A stretch of 63,483 bases of DNA, the filler included. It is 4 parts of 4 records of this genome, joined end to end, with 100 filler letters (N's around TTAATTAATTAA, not from the genome) between each part and the next. Parts side by side here need not be neighbours in the genome. Positions count along the whole stretch, not along the records: positions 1 to 29,184 come from DRR723986_61098; 3 more parts are not named here. The stretch is one strand, 5' to 3'. Positions 1 to 9,833 of this stretch are shown here, in pieces. Under the pieces are notes generated by a model. It did not search any database. It was given only the letters and a program-made list of their open reading frames with translations, and was not told where the DNA came from. The stretch's first letter is position 1, and each line of letters starts with the position of its first letter. The translations under genes and the position numbers were made by a program.

Positions 1-207
1 TATTCTAAACCCAGAATTTCATTCTGGGCTATTACTATAAATGCCTTTGGCATTTGTTTGAACCGAACTGAATTCATTTAGAAAGAATAATTGTTTTTGG
101 AAAATTCTCAAAGGCAAGGCCTGCATTAGCCCCAAGAGGCCGGTCTTTAAATTGAACAAGGTTCGGTTGAACTATTCAAACAATTGCAATTGATAATTTA
201 CCTGAAA

Positions 208-248
208 TTGCGTCCTCTGCGGAAAACTCTGCGTCCTCCGCGGTTATA
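208..248 (-). repeat. 41-bp dispersed intergenic repeat, copy 1 (TATAACCGCGGAGGACGCAGAGTTTTCCGCAGAGGACGCAA)
   Basis: Aligns without gaps to 11814-11854, 11871-11911 and 19056-19096; its TAA is the nitrilase stop codon. Confidence 0.75.
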
Positions 249-1197
249 CAAACTTCACACTCGCCTGCCTCTCTCTATTCACACTCAACTGAAGCACATC
301 AGGTCTAGAGTAATGTCCAACAGGATCGAAGTTCTGCCGCTCTTCCAATACTCGATTGAAATCCAAGGTCTCAATCAAAAGACCTTCCTTATTTGCCACA
401 GGCTCCAAGATCCATTTGCCATCTGGACCTGTAATGCAGGAACCGCCATCCGCTAAAATTTCGGGAGCGTTTTCAAGAATCAAATCTAGGTGAGGTGTGC
501 CAGCTGGAAAGTCAGTTTTACTCATCAAACTTGAAACAGAAATAACAAAGGATCTACTTTCCTGAGCAATCAACCGGGTAATATTTTCTGTGTTTCTGAC
601 AGCTCCTGGCCAAACTGCGATATGGAGATTTTCTCCCAAACCATACAAGGCCGTTCTTGCCAAAGGCATCCAGTTTTCCCAGCAATTGAGCCCTCCGACA
701 GTAAATTCCTTTAACGTATGAACTTGTAGCCCATTTCCATCGCCAGGAGCCCAAGTGAGCCGTTCTTCGTAGGTAGGTTGAAGTTTGCGATGAACGGATT
801 TAATATCACCATCAGTGTTAATATACACCAGCGAGCAATAGATACTGTGGCCACCTCTATCTATGGGTCTTTCGATGATTCCTAAATAAATGGCAATTTT
901 CAAACTTTTAGCTAGCTCTTGAATCTCCAGCAAATCTCCTTTTTCAATCTGAACCGAATTTCTTAAATAATATGCATGAATTTCCTTTTGCACTTTATCA
1001 TCCCAAGCGGATCCATTGGTAATTGACAGCCAAAAAGGATAACCAGGTACCAACCCCTCTCCAAATACAACTAACTCACAACCTTGAGCCGCAGCTTCTT
1101 TGATAGAAGTTTTTACTTTCTCAAGTGTGGCAAATTTGTCTAGCCAAACGGGTGAAATTTGAGCTAGCGCTACTTTCAGAAGATTGGAGGATGTCAT
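244..1197 (-). CDS. Nitrilase / carbon-nitrogen hydrolase family protein
   Basis: E-K-C triad motifs VFGEG, HRKLQPT, LNCWEN and C-terminal FDPVGHYSRPDV; start moved from 1353 to ATG 1197 (MTSSNLLKVALAQ). Confidence 0.9.
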   Translation of the reverse strand: MTSSNLLKVALAQISPVWLDKFATLEKVKTSIKEAAAQGCELVVFGEGLVPGYPFWLSITNGSAWDDKVQKEIHAYYLRNSVQIEKGDLLEIQELAKSLKIAIYLGIIERPIDRGGHSIYCSLVYINTDGDIKSVHRKLQPTYEERLTWAPGDGNGLQVHTLKEFTVGGLNCWENWMPLARTALYGLGENLHIAVWPGAVRNTENITRLIAQESRSFVISVSSLMSKTDFPAGTPHLDLILENAPEILADGGSCITGPDGKWILEPVANKEGLLIETLDFNRVLEERQNFDPVGHYSRPDVLQLSVNRERQASVKFV

Positions 1198-1327
1198 GAT
1201 AGGGGATTTTGATCGGAAATTACAGGATTGTGATCTTCGATCAAAGTGAATTGAGCCTGTAAAAAGTAATCCCCCTAGCCAACTATGGATAGGGGGATTA
1301 ACTGATCGTAAAAGTATATCAACTTTT

Positions 1328-2914
1328 CTATTTGGCAATGTTTGGACCTTCAAAGCCCAGCTTTTTCAATCCTTCCTGAACTTCAGGTGCTCCCATAAAT
1401 AATTTCCAGCCTAGTTCAGTTCTATAGTTTTCTATCATAGCGACCATCGGGCCCTGATCGATCGCAAGGTATCGCTCAGGATAATAATCATGCTCAGGAC
1501 TCATAGCATCATAGAAACCATATCTTCCAAGCACCTTTTTACCATAATTGTAATAGAGGTTTTTGATCACTTTAATGGACTCTTCCGGAGTGTAAGGAAT
1601 AGATGAAATCGCAGCAGTTGGCGAAATTACTCCTGTATCATTTCTAGGAAAATGCGCATTATAGCCGTTGATAGAGTAGGAAGCAGTCAGTCCCCAGAGA
1701 TCTTCTCCGTAGCCGGCAAATCCATTTGGATTTTCAACTACGTGTGCTCGGTTGATAAGCGTATGGTTAGTATTTAGCTTTTGATAGTCTGCGTATTGAT
1801 CTTTCAATCCCATTGGATTTAAGCCCAAATAGGAATAATGGGCCCAGAAAAGGGGTCCGCCCTTTTCTTCAGCTCCATTATGCTTTAAAATCAATTCATA
1901 GCCAAAAGCTTCCTTATCGGATTTGATTCCTCCGCTTCTTGCCCATCCCTTGTGGTAAGCCACGGGATCAATCGTGTGAGTAGGAGAGGAAGCTGCGAGT
2001 ACATAGGTGATAAGACATTCGTTGTATCCTTCCAGAGGGAAGTTCATGTCCCAAGCATACTCCGGTGACCAGTGCCAATACAACACATCCTGCCCGTCTC
2101 GGGTATACCAAGTCCAGTCCATTTCTTTCCAGAGTTGATCTATTCGGTCTGCAACCGCTTTTTGTCTATCATCTCCATCTTTGAAATATTCCCGAACGGC
2201 GATAAGGCTTTGCATCAGGAAGGCAGACTCTACCAGATCGCCCCCATTATCTTTTTGGCCGAAGGGCTGCACTTTTCCTGTTTGTCCATTTATCCAGTGA
2301 GGCCAAACCCCTTTGAATCGGTCAGCTTTTTCCAGAAACCCCACGATTTTTTCAAAACGAGCTACACCTTGTTCTTTGGTGATCCACCCTCTTTCCATCC
2401 CTGCTATCAGACCGAAGATGCCCATTCCAGAACCTCCTGTTGTTACGACGTGGGCATCGTTTTGCGGATATTCTCCATCGATGTGAATTCGCTCTGGAGC
2501 TAGACCAGAATTCGGTTCAGCTCCATCCCAGAAATAGCGGAAGGTATAGAACTCCACCATATCCAGCAGTTCTTCATCCGTCATTTTATGAGTTTTGGCG
2601 GCCGCTCTTCCAACGATGGTAGAATCCTCACCAGAATAAGCTCTGACCTCGTAGTTCAGATCCAGTTCCATCCCGAGGTCATTCACGAAATCCAAGTAAA
2701 TCGTGTCCTCTAGCACAGCCCGTCTGGTATAGTGATCATCATCCATACTTACCCATACTCCATAGGAGTCTGCTTTTGGATCTTTATCCCAAGAGAGTTC
2801 CACATGAATATCATATGGTGTCGCCTTGATGGTATTGGTTTTTTCATCTGCTTGTTGGCAAGCAAATGAAAATACAGCTAAGGTGAGAATGGGGAGGGGC
2901 AAAGGGTTTTTCAT
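1328..2914 (-). CDS. GH144 ('glucoamylase family') endo-beta-1,2-glucanase-like lipoprotein with N-terminal FN3-like segment
   Basis: Lipobox SFAC; motifs TFRYFWDGAEPNSG, DNGGDLVESAF, GGPLFWAHYSYLGL, YLAIDQGP; downstream of susCD. Confidence 0.85.
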   Translation of the reverse strand: MKNPLPLPILTLAVFSFACQQADEKTNTIKATPYDIHVELSWDKDPKADSYGVWVSMDDDHYTRRAVLEDTIYLDFVNDLGMELDLNYEVRAYSGEDSTIVGRAAAKTHKMTDEELLDMVEFYTFRYFWDGAEPNSGLAPERIHIDGEYPQNDAHVVTTGGSGMGIFGLIAGMERGWITKEQGVARFEKIVGFLEKADRFKGVWPHWINGQTGKVQPFGQKDNGGDLVESAFLMQSLIAVREYFKDGDDRQKAVADRIDQLWKEMDWTWYTRDGQDVLYWHWSPEYAWDMNFPLEGYNECLITYVLAASSPTHTIDPVAYHKGWARSGGIKSDKEAFGYELILKHNGAEEKGGPLFWAHYSYLGLNPMGLKDQYADYQKLNTNHTLINRAHVVENPNGFAGYGEDLWGLTASYSINGYNAHFPRNDTGVISPTAAISSIPYTPEESIKVIKNLYYNYGKKVLGRYGFYDAMSPEHDYYPERYLAIDQGPMVAMIENYRTELGWKLFMGAPEVQEGLKKLGFEGPNIAK

Positions 2915-3024
2915 GTGTTACTTGATTTTAATTGTCACGTGGAATCTCACATCGCGGATGATCATTCCTTGGTGTATGGACTGATTGATGTTCGATTTCA
3001 TAGCTTAAAAATTAGGTGAAATAT

Positions 3025-3066
3025 AAAAGAAAAGGAGACTCCCGCCACAGCAAGTAAGCGGGAGTC
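3025..3066 (-). terminator. Hairpin between susD and GH144 (terminator or mRNA-stabilising stem)
   Basis: GACTCCCGC...GCGGGAGTC stem with an A-rich run on + (U-rich on -). Confidence 0.55.
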
Positions 3067-3073
3067 AAGGGGT

Positions 3074-4558
3074 TTAGTACCCCGGATTCTGGATGATTGA
3101 ACCTCCGCTAATGTCGATTTCTGACTGAGGTATTGGATAAACTTCATGCTTGCCAGGAGTCCAGGTGATTCCTAGTGCTGCGAACACTTCCTGTGCTCTT
3201 CCTTGTCTCACCAAATCAAAATATCTGTGTTGCTCCATGGCTAATTCCACTCTTCTCTCATGATAGATGGCTTCTCTTAGTTCGGACTGCTCAGTCATAG
3301 TCAAGTCTGGTAAAATATCTTCATTGCCTTGACGGGCTCTTTCTCTCACCAGGTTGACATATTCCAACGCTTGGCTAGAATTCCCGATTTCGTTAGCCGC
3401 CTCTGCTGCGATCAAAAGCAAATCAGCATATCTGAACAAGCGGATATTTGCACCACTGTTACCAAAGCCAGACGGTGGTCTTTCCGGCAACCAAGCTTTT
3501 CTACTAAAACGGGCATTAGCACCCATATTTGGATCTGGCATCACAATCTCTCCTGAAGGCAAAGTATCACCTTCGTTAATTATGGTCGCTGCAAGTCTTG
3601 GATCATTCTCTTCATAAGCAGCCATCAAATCATCCGATGGTCCATTGAAGCCCCAGCCGTTATTTGGATTGCCACGGATTCCCTGCACCTCGTTAAACTG
3701 AGATCCGCCACCACCAGCTTCGAGCGCAACGGTGGACACTTCGAAAATACTTTCTGAAGAATGCTCACCTTCTCTACGGAAAATGCCTTCGTAATCGGGA
3801 TAAAGCTCATATTCACCACTGGCGATCACTTCCTGAGCCATATCATAGGCTTCCTGAAATTCATTTTGAAAAAGGTGCACTTTAGCCAAAAATGACTTTG
3901 CAGCTCCAGCTGTAGCTCTACCTAGTTCAGAAGCCGGATATTCAGACTTCTCTGGCAGATTTGCTGCCGCAAATTCTAAATCTTCCTCTATGAATGCATA
4001 AATCGTTTCTTTGGATACCCGCGCTTGTTGATACTCATCAGGGTTCAACGGGGTTTCGATCAAAGGCAAGTCTCCATAAGTTCTCACTAAAAAGAAGTAG
4101 AAATAGGCTCTTAGAAATCTTGCCTCGCCGATCAATCTGGTTTTTAGTTCCTCATCCATATCGATTTCAGGGACATTTGCGATCACCTGATTAGCGCGGA
4201 AAATTCCTTGAAAATAACCTGACCATATTCCGTTTACTGCAGAATTATTTGCGTCAAAGGTGAAGTCATTGATGTCCTGCAGGAATCCCGCATCGCCGGG
4301 CACAGAACCTTTGTCTGCATCATCTGAAGCGATGTCAGTGACTCCTATGTAGGAAAATACATGCACATTGAAACTTCTCAGATGCGAGTAAATCGCATTA
4401 ACCGCTTGAGTTGCCTGAGTTGCATCTTTGAAGAAATTCTCAGAAGTGAGTTGACCTAATGGTGCTTTCTCCAAGTAATCTTCGCAGGATACTATCCCAA
4501 CACTCATCAGAATGCCGAGGCCTAGGACTGCTATTTTATGGTTTATCTTATTTTTCAT
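3074..4558 (-). CDS. RagB/SusD family nutrient-binding lipoprotein
   Basis: Lipobox IVSC; GEARFLRAYFYF, FRYADLLL, ERRVELAME..RYFDLVR, terminal QNPGY. Confidence 0.95.
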   Translation of the reverse strand: MKNKINHKIAVLGLGILMSVGIVSCEDYLEKAPLGQLTSENFFKDATQATQAVNAIYSHLRSFNVHVFSYIGVTDIASDDADKGSVPGDAGFLQDINDFTFDANNSAVNGIWSGYFQGIFRANQVIANVPEIDMDEELKTRLIGEARFLRAYFYFFLVRTYGDLPLIETPLNPDEYQQARVSKETIYAFIEEDLEFAAANLPEKSEYPASELGRATAGAAKSFLAKVHLFQNEFQEAYDMAQEVIASGEYELYPDYEGIFRREGEHSSESIFEVSTVALEAGGGGSQFNEVQGIRGNPNNGWGFNGPSDDLMAAYEENDPRLAATIINEGDTLPSGEIVMPDPNMGANARFSRKAWLPERPPSGFGNSGANIRLFRYADLLLIAAEAANEIGNSSQALEYVNLVRERARQGNEDILPDLTMTEQSELREAIYHERRVELAMEQHRYFDLVRQGRAQEVFAALGITWTPGKHEVYPIPQSEIDISGGSIIQNPGY

Positions 4559-4570
4559 TTGTTTTTGGGT

Positions 4571-7500
4571 TTAGAAGCTGGCTGAGACGCCTACGTTAAA
4601 CGTTCTTGCTACTGGGTATAGACCGCTGTCATATCCAGTTCCTAGTACATTTCCACCGCCGATTTCAGGCGTGTATCCTGAGTATTTTGTCCATGTCAAG
4701 ACATTTGTACCGGATAGGTAAACTCGGAAGTTTTGAAGCTTTACCTTACTTAAAACTATCTCAGAGAAGTTGTAGCCAACTTGGATGTTTCTCAATCTCA
4801 AGAAAGAACCGTCTTCTACAAATCTATCAGAGACTTCGTAGTTGTGTCCGCCATTCGTAACTCTAGGTTCAGAATTACTTGTGCCTTCACCAGTCCATCT
4901 GTCTAAGTAGCTTGTTTCAAAATTGTAGGTGTTGAAGCGGGTTTGCTTCTTCGCATTGTAGATTTCGTTTCCGAGTGTACCGTTGAAATCTGCACGCAGG
5001 TCAAAGCCTTTGTAGTCAAAGCCGAAATTGAAACCGTAAACCAGATCAGGAATTGGGCTTCCAAGAATTACACGGTCATTGTTGTTCACAACTCCGTCTC
5101 CATTGGTATCTTCATAGATTAAGTCACCAGCTACTTCTGGTCCTCGCTTTGGAATGGAAGAAAGGTCAGCTTCGTTTTGGAAAACTCCTGCTGTCTTGTA
5201 GCCATAGTAGTGTCCGATTGATTCACCTACGATCGTTCTGGATCCGAGGTAGCCTGAGATTCCTACGGCTCCGCCGAAAATAGCCTCATTGCCATCTCCC
5301 AAATCCAATACTTCGTTATTTACAGTGGAAGCGACGATTCCAAAATTGTAGGAAAAGTCACCTTTTTGATCTCTCCAATTTAACGTAAGGTCAATCCCTG
5401 AATTCTTCACATTTGCTGCATTGACTACAGGATTGTTGGAAGCACCTACATAAGAGGGAATCGGAACTGCTACCAGGATGTCGTTAGTGGTTCTAGTATA
5501 ATAGTCCAATTCACCTGTCAGTTTCTCATTAAAAAAGCCAAACTCGAAACCAATATTTGAGGTAACTGTTTCTTCCCATTGAATAAATGGATTAGAAAGT
5601 CTAGTTATGGTCGCACCGTAAACCAACTCTTCATTTTCACCGAATACGGCGTTTTGGTTTCCATTTACTACAGGACGGCCTTCATAAACATAGATCTTGT
5701 CGTTACCGATTTTTCCCCAGCTACCGCGTATTTTCAGATTGGAAAGAAAATTTTGGTTTTGAAGGAATCCTTCTTCGATGATGTTATATCCAAGTGCAAT
5801 GGAAGGGAAATTTCCATATCTTCTCTCTTCCCCAAATCGGCTAGATCCATCTCTTCTAAATGTACCTGTAAAGAGAAACTTGTTTTTGAACGTATAATTT
5901 GCTCTGAAAAGATAGGAAAGCATAGCCCAGGACTCTCCTGAATTAGAATTGGTCTGGGAGGTCAGTTCACCGGCATTCAAATACCAAAGTGAAGGGTCTT
6001 CACCTGGAAGATTCCTTCTTCCTCCACCTAGGGATTCTGTATAGAAATCTTGGGTGGTAATACCGCCCAGCAAGTTAAGCCGATGGTCTTCCCACTCTTT
6101 GCTGTAGTTCAGTGTATTCTCCCAGAGAATATTTGTATTTCTCATATTGGAAACATTAACAGAATTCTCGGGATTCTGCTGGGTAGGAGAAACAAAGTAA
6201 ACAGGAGTAAAGCTTTTAGAGTCCTGAAATACCAGGTCTAGCCCAACATTACTTCGGAAGGTGAAGTTCTTAAGGAATTTCACATCCATGAAGAAGTTAC
6301 CCACTCCACGGTAGTTGTTGGTGCGGTTATTTGAGTTGTACTCAAACTGTGCAGCGGGATTTCCTACTGGAGCTGTGTTGGTATAGCTTCCATCAGGCTG
6401 AGTAGGCTCGAAAATCGGATACGCACGATATGCATTTCCAATTACCCCAGGCTCATTTTGCTGATTGTAATAGATGAAAGAAAGGTTGTGACCAAAAGTC
6501 ACTGCTTCGCTCATTTTGTACTGGTTGTTCAATCGGATTGTCAAACGTTCGAATTCTGATTCTTTGACCACACCTTGTTGATTGAAATAATTCGCACTTA
6601 GGTTGAAGTTTGTTTTCGCTGAACCTCCATTCGCGCCAATGCTAATGTTATTGATTGGAGCATTTCTGAAGATGTAATCTTGCCAATCTGTTCCTTCCTG
6701 GTAATCATTTACATTATAAATTGGCTGATTCCCTACATTTTGCTCCAGCTCATTTGCCAGTTGCGCAAATTCACGGGCGTTTACTAGGTTGATTTTATTA
6801 GCTACTTGCTGCACACCTGTGTATGCATCCACAGTTACTCGCGTATCTGTGTCAAATGAACCTTGTTTGGTAGTGACGATGATTACCCCATTTGCACCTC
6901 TCGATCCGTAAATAGCCGTGGCAGAGGCATCTTTCAATACCTCCATGGATTCCACATCATTTGGGTTTAGGAAATTGATATCATCAAGCAGCATCCCGTC
7001 GACTACATACAGAGGATTTGAATTGTTCAATGTACCGACACCACGAATCCTAACTGTAGAGCCCGCTCCTGGAGCACCGGAATTTTGGGTAATCTGGACA
7101 CCACTGACGCGTCCTTGGAGAGATTGGGTCACATCGGAAACAGGCAGTCGACTGATATCTTCAGATTTGACACTGGAGATCGCACCTGTCAGATCGCTTT
7201 TACGCTGAATACCATATCCGACGACTACAAACTCATCAAGATCAGATAGATCTTCTCCAAGTGTCACGTTAATGGTAGTTCTTCCATTTATTGGCTTCTC
7301 TACCGTTTGAAATCCCACGAAGGTGAATACCAAAACTGCGGCTTCTGGGACTTCTAAGGAATACTTACCATCAAGGTCAGTGACAGTTCCGTTGGTGGTT
7401 CCTTTGATGACCACATTCACTCCTGGAAGAGGAAATCCAGTGTCATCAACAACAGTGCCGCTGACCGGAACATTTTGTCCAAACGAATCATGGACAGTAA

Positions 7501-7582
7501 AGAATGAGAATAGGAGAAGGGTTAAAATTAAATACTTGTTCAGATGCCAAGTATTTCCCCGCTCAGGTAGCAATTTTTCCAT
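4571..7582 (-). CDS. SusC/RagA family TonB-dependent transporter
   Basis: N-terminal carboxypeptidase-regulatory-like domain, VVVGYG, LKDASATAIYGSRGANGVIIVTTK plug motif, RRDGSSRFG, terminal Phe. Confidence 0.96.
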   Translation of the reverse strand: MEKLLPERGNTWHLNKYLILTLLLFSFFTVHDSFGQNVPVSGTVVDDTGFPLPGVNVVIKGTTNGTVTDLDGKYSLEVPEAAVLVFTFVGFQTVEKPINGRTTINVTLGEDLSDLDEFVVVGYGIQRKSDLTGAISSVKSEDISRLPVSDVTQSLQGRVSGVQITQNSGAPGAGSTVRIRGVGTLNNSNPLYVVDGMLLDDINFLNPNDVESMEVLKDASATAIYGSRGANGVIIVTTKQGSFDTDTRVTVDAYTGVQQVANKINLVNAREFAQLANELEQNVGNQPIYNVNDYQEGTDWQDYIFRNAPINNISIGANGGSAKTNFNLSANYFNQQGVVKESEFERLTIRLNNQYKMSEAVTFGHNLSFIYYNQQNEPGVIGNAYRAYPIFEPTQPDGSYTNTAPVGNPAAQFEYNSNNRTNNYRGVGNFFMDVKFLKNFTFRSNVGLDLVFQDSKSFTPVYFVSPTQQNPENSVNVSNMRNTNILWENTLNYSKEWEDHRLNLLGGITTQDFYTESLGGGRRNLPGEDPSLWYLNAGELTSQTNSNSGESWAMLSYLFRANYTFKNKFLFTGTFRRDGSSRFGEERRYGNFPSIALGYNIIEEGFLQNQNFLSNLKIRGSWGKIGNDKIYVYEGRPVVNGNQNAVFGENEELVYGATITRLSNPFIQWEETVTSNIGFEFGFFNEKLTGELDYYTRTTNDILVAVPIPSYVGASNNPVVNAANVKNSGIDLTLNWRDQKGDFSYNFGIVASTVNNEVLDLGDGNEAIFGGAVGISGYLGSRTIVGESIGHYYGYKTAGVFQNEADLSSIPKRGPEVAGDLIYEDTNGDGVVNNNDRVILGSPIPDLVYGFNFGFDYKGFDLRADFNGTLGNEIYNAKKQTRFNTYNFETSYLDRWTGEGTSNSEPRVTNGGHNYEVSDRFVEDGSFLRLRNIQVGYNFSEIVLSKVKLQNFRVYLSGTNVLTWTKYSGYTPEIGGGNVLGTGYDSGLYPVARTFNVGVSASF

Positions 7583-7630
7583 TTGGCGTATTGGGTTTGG
7601 TTTAGTTAATAACTAGAGACACATACTTGC

Positions 7631-7661
7631 TCCAGTGGCAAATGAAACTACCACCACTGGA
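7631..7661. promoter_or_regulatory. Candidate operator: inverted repeat TCCAGTGG-N15-CCACTGGA upstream of susC
   Basis: Perfect 8-bp GC-rich arms in an AT-rich intergenic region, 49-79 bp upstream of the susC ATG. Confidence 0.4.
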
Positions 7662-7844
7662 AGATTTTAAGAAAAAATAACTTCGAAATCGATTGAAAAA
7701 ATGTTTGGAAACTAACGATTTCTGGTTGTCTATTCCTGCTTTGTTTTCATTGAAAAAACGTCTATTTAATTAATTTAGGGGGTTTTTAGAAATTCGTTCA
7801 CGCTTTATTATCAGGATTTGACTACCAATGATAATTGCTTGAAA

Positions 7845-9725
7845 TCAGTTGAGTTCATGCGATCTCTCCAGCACGATGTCCTCCCATTCAGGTTGATGAA
7901 TCCCCTTCATTTCAAGTTGCAATTTGACCTTTACCCTGAAGCTACTTATCGCGTTTACTCTGAGATCCAGCAACTGGGAAAGCTCTTCCAGCGTGAGTTT
8001 GCTATGCTCGGAAATGACGGTGTAGGATAGGTAAAATGCTTTTTCAATCGGGAGACGGATACCGTGGAAAATCGTCCCAGCAGTGGCTGATTCTATATGA
8101 CCGCAACGTGAGCATCGACGGTGAAAAACCTTTGAGCTCTTCGAGAATTTAGTATGCTCACAAGCTTTGCATGAGAATCCATTGTCCCATTTGACTTGCT
8201 CCAGGTAACGAAGGCAAGCGGTAGAATCTGGGAATATCTTTTTGAAATCTTCATAGCTCATCCGTTTATTGGTGATTCTGGCCTGTAGGTTCTCCTTGAT
8301 CTGAGACTTTAGCTTCCAGATGTCTTTATCCAAAATGGAGTTAATACGCTTAATTTCTTCGTCCTTTTCTAGGATCTGCTGATTGTATTCTAGGAGGAGT
8401 TGGTTCTTTTTAGCCAGTTCCTGAGTTCTTTCATTGACTCTTTGCTCCAATTCTCTATTGACCTTTTCTTTCAGCTGGGCATTTGCCTCTGCTTGACGAA
8501 GAGAGCGAAGTAATGCCCGATCACGATTGTCTTTTAGAATTTTCACCCGATCACCAAGTGCCAAAGTTAGCAGCAACATCTCCATCAGAAAGGCAATGTG
8601 CAAACTGTAGTAAATTACTGTGCTGTGTGGAATAATGGCTGTGTGGACCATTGCTTTCAGTGCTACTCCCAAAAAAAGAATAGCATAAGCAATTACAAAT
8701 AAACGTGCTACGCTGTAGCCTTTTACCAAGACATAAACGCTGGAAAAAAGTATGAGAAAGAAGGGAATGATATCGTAAATCTGAATTTCTAACAGCGCTG
8801 GAAAAAAAGCAATTCCAGCTGCGAAAAGAATTGTTTTAGCTAGGAGCAATACATGAAAGCAGCGATGCATGCTGGGGAATCTCCTCTTCAAATTGAGGAA
8901 GTGAGTGGAGAAAAGCAGCGCAAATACGATGATCAAAAAGCTGGAGAGGCCCGATATAGGCTGGTTCCACTCAGGATGATTGGGCCATAAATACTGGAAT
9001 GCGATCCCATCTACACAAGCTGCAAAAATACCTACGCTTAGTAAGTAGAATACATAATACAAGTATTTCACCTCTTTAATAGCCAGATAAATCAATCCAT
9101 TGTAAAGTGAAATAATCAGAATCATTCCATAGAAAATGCCATAAAGGAAGTACTCATTTAGTGCATAATAGATGAAGCGATTGTAGGATCTGAAGGCAAT
9201 TCGTATGTCAGCCTTTTGCGAAGATTTGATTTTGAAATAATAGGTGGCTATTCCTGGAGTTTCATTTTCTACAGGGATGTGAAAGTTTTTATGTGCAAAG
9301 ATTCTGTCTCCAAAAGGTGCTTTATCACCGAGTTTTAATTCCTTATATCCGCTTTCTGAGGGTATATAGGCTGTTATTTGATCAATCGTCTGGTCATAAA
9401 ATTCCATCAGCCACTGCTTGTTACTTTGCGGTGTTTTCTGAATTGCTACTTTGACCCAATAGGTACTTTCGGTTGAAAACTTATTTTTGTTGAAGTCAGG
9501 ATTGATCTTGAGTTTGCCGTTAATTGGATTGGAGAGTATATCGCTAAGCTCCAGCTCGTTGCTCTGGTCTTCATAGAAAGTAAGGCGGTCTATCGCATAG
9601 ATTCTTTCGTCAAGCTGATCGTTGATTTGAAAAGTGTACTGGGATGATTGGGCAAGTGCATAGGAAGACAACAAACTGCTCACTGCACTCAGGAGTACAA
9701 ATACATTTCGATAAAACTTGTCCAT
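7845..9725 (-). CDS. 7TM-DISM membrane sensor with coiled coil and C-terminal IS1595-transposase-like zinc ribbon/HTH (putative one-component regulator)
   Basis: Signal peptide; DISMED2-like ectodomain (YWVKV, EFYDQTID, GDKAPFGDR); about 7 TM helices ending LALGDRVKIL; coiled coil; CKAC/CSRC and SATAGTIFHGIRLP; start moved to ATG 9725. Confidence 0.85.
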   Translation of the reverse strand: MDKFYRNVFVLLSAVSSLLSSYALAQSSQYTFQINDQLDERIYAIDRLTFYEDQSNELELSDILSNPINGKLKINPDFNKNKFSTESTYWVKVAIQKTPQSNKQWLMEFYDQTIDQITAYIPSESGYKELKLGDKAPFGDRIFAHKNFHIPVENETPGIATYYFKIKSSQKADIRIAFRSYNRFIYYALNEYFLYGIFYGMILIISLYNGLIYLAIKEVKYLYYVFYLLSVGIFAACVDGIAFQYLWPNHPEWNQPISGLSSFLIIVFALLFSTHFLNLKRRFPSMHRCFHVLLLAKTILFAAGIAFFPALLEIQIYDIIPFFLILFSSVYVLVKGYSVARLFVIAYAILFLGVALKAMVHTAIIPHSTVIYYSLHIAFLMEMLLLTLALGDRVKILKDNRDRALLRSLRQAEANAQLKEKVNRELEQRVNERTQELAKKNQLLLEYNQQILEKDEEIKRINSILDKDIWKLKSQIKENLQARITNKRMSYEDFKKIFPDSTACLRYLEQVKWDNGFSCKACEHTKFSKSSKVFHRRCSRCGHIESATAGTIFHGIRLPIEKAFYLSYTVISEHSKLTLEELSQLLDLRVNAISSFRVKVKLQLEMKGIHQPEWEDIVLERSHELN

Positions 9726-9833
9726 AAAACATTGGGTATATTCCTGTAGAAGGAACAAAAACGACACCCAATGCTTTTGGTTTGTGAAATCGAAGGGTTT
9801 ATTTGAAAATAGTCAGCAGTCGAAGCGCCGTGA

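Noticed and set aside
1198-1353. 52-aa N-terminal extension of the nitrilase
   Set aside because: Non-ATG start overlapping the GH144 gene; family similarity begins at Met 1197
7845-8261. Active IS1595 insertion sequence
   Set aside because: Only the Zn-ribbon/HTH part is present, in frame with a membrane sensor; no DDE domain or IS ends seen
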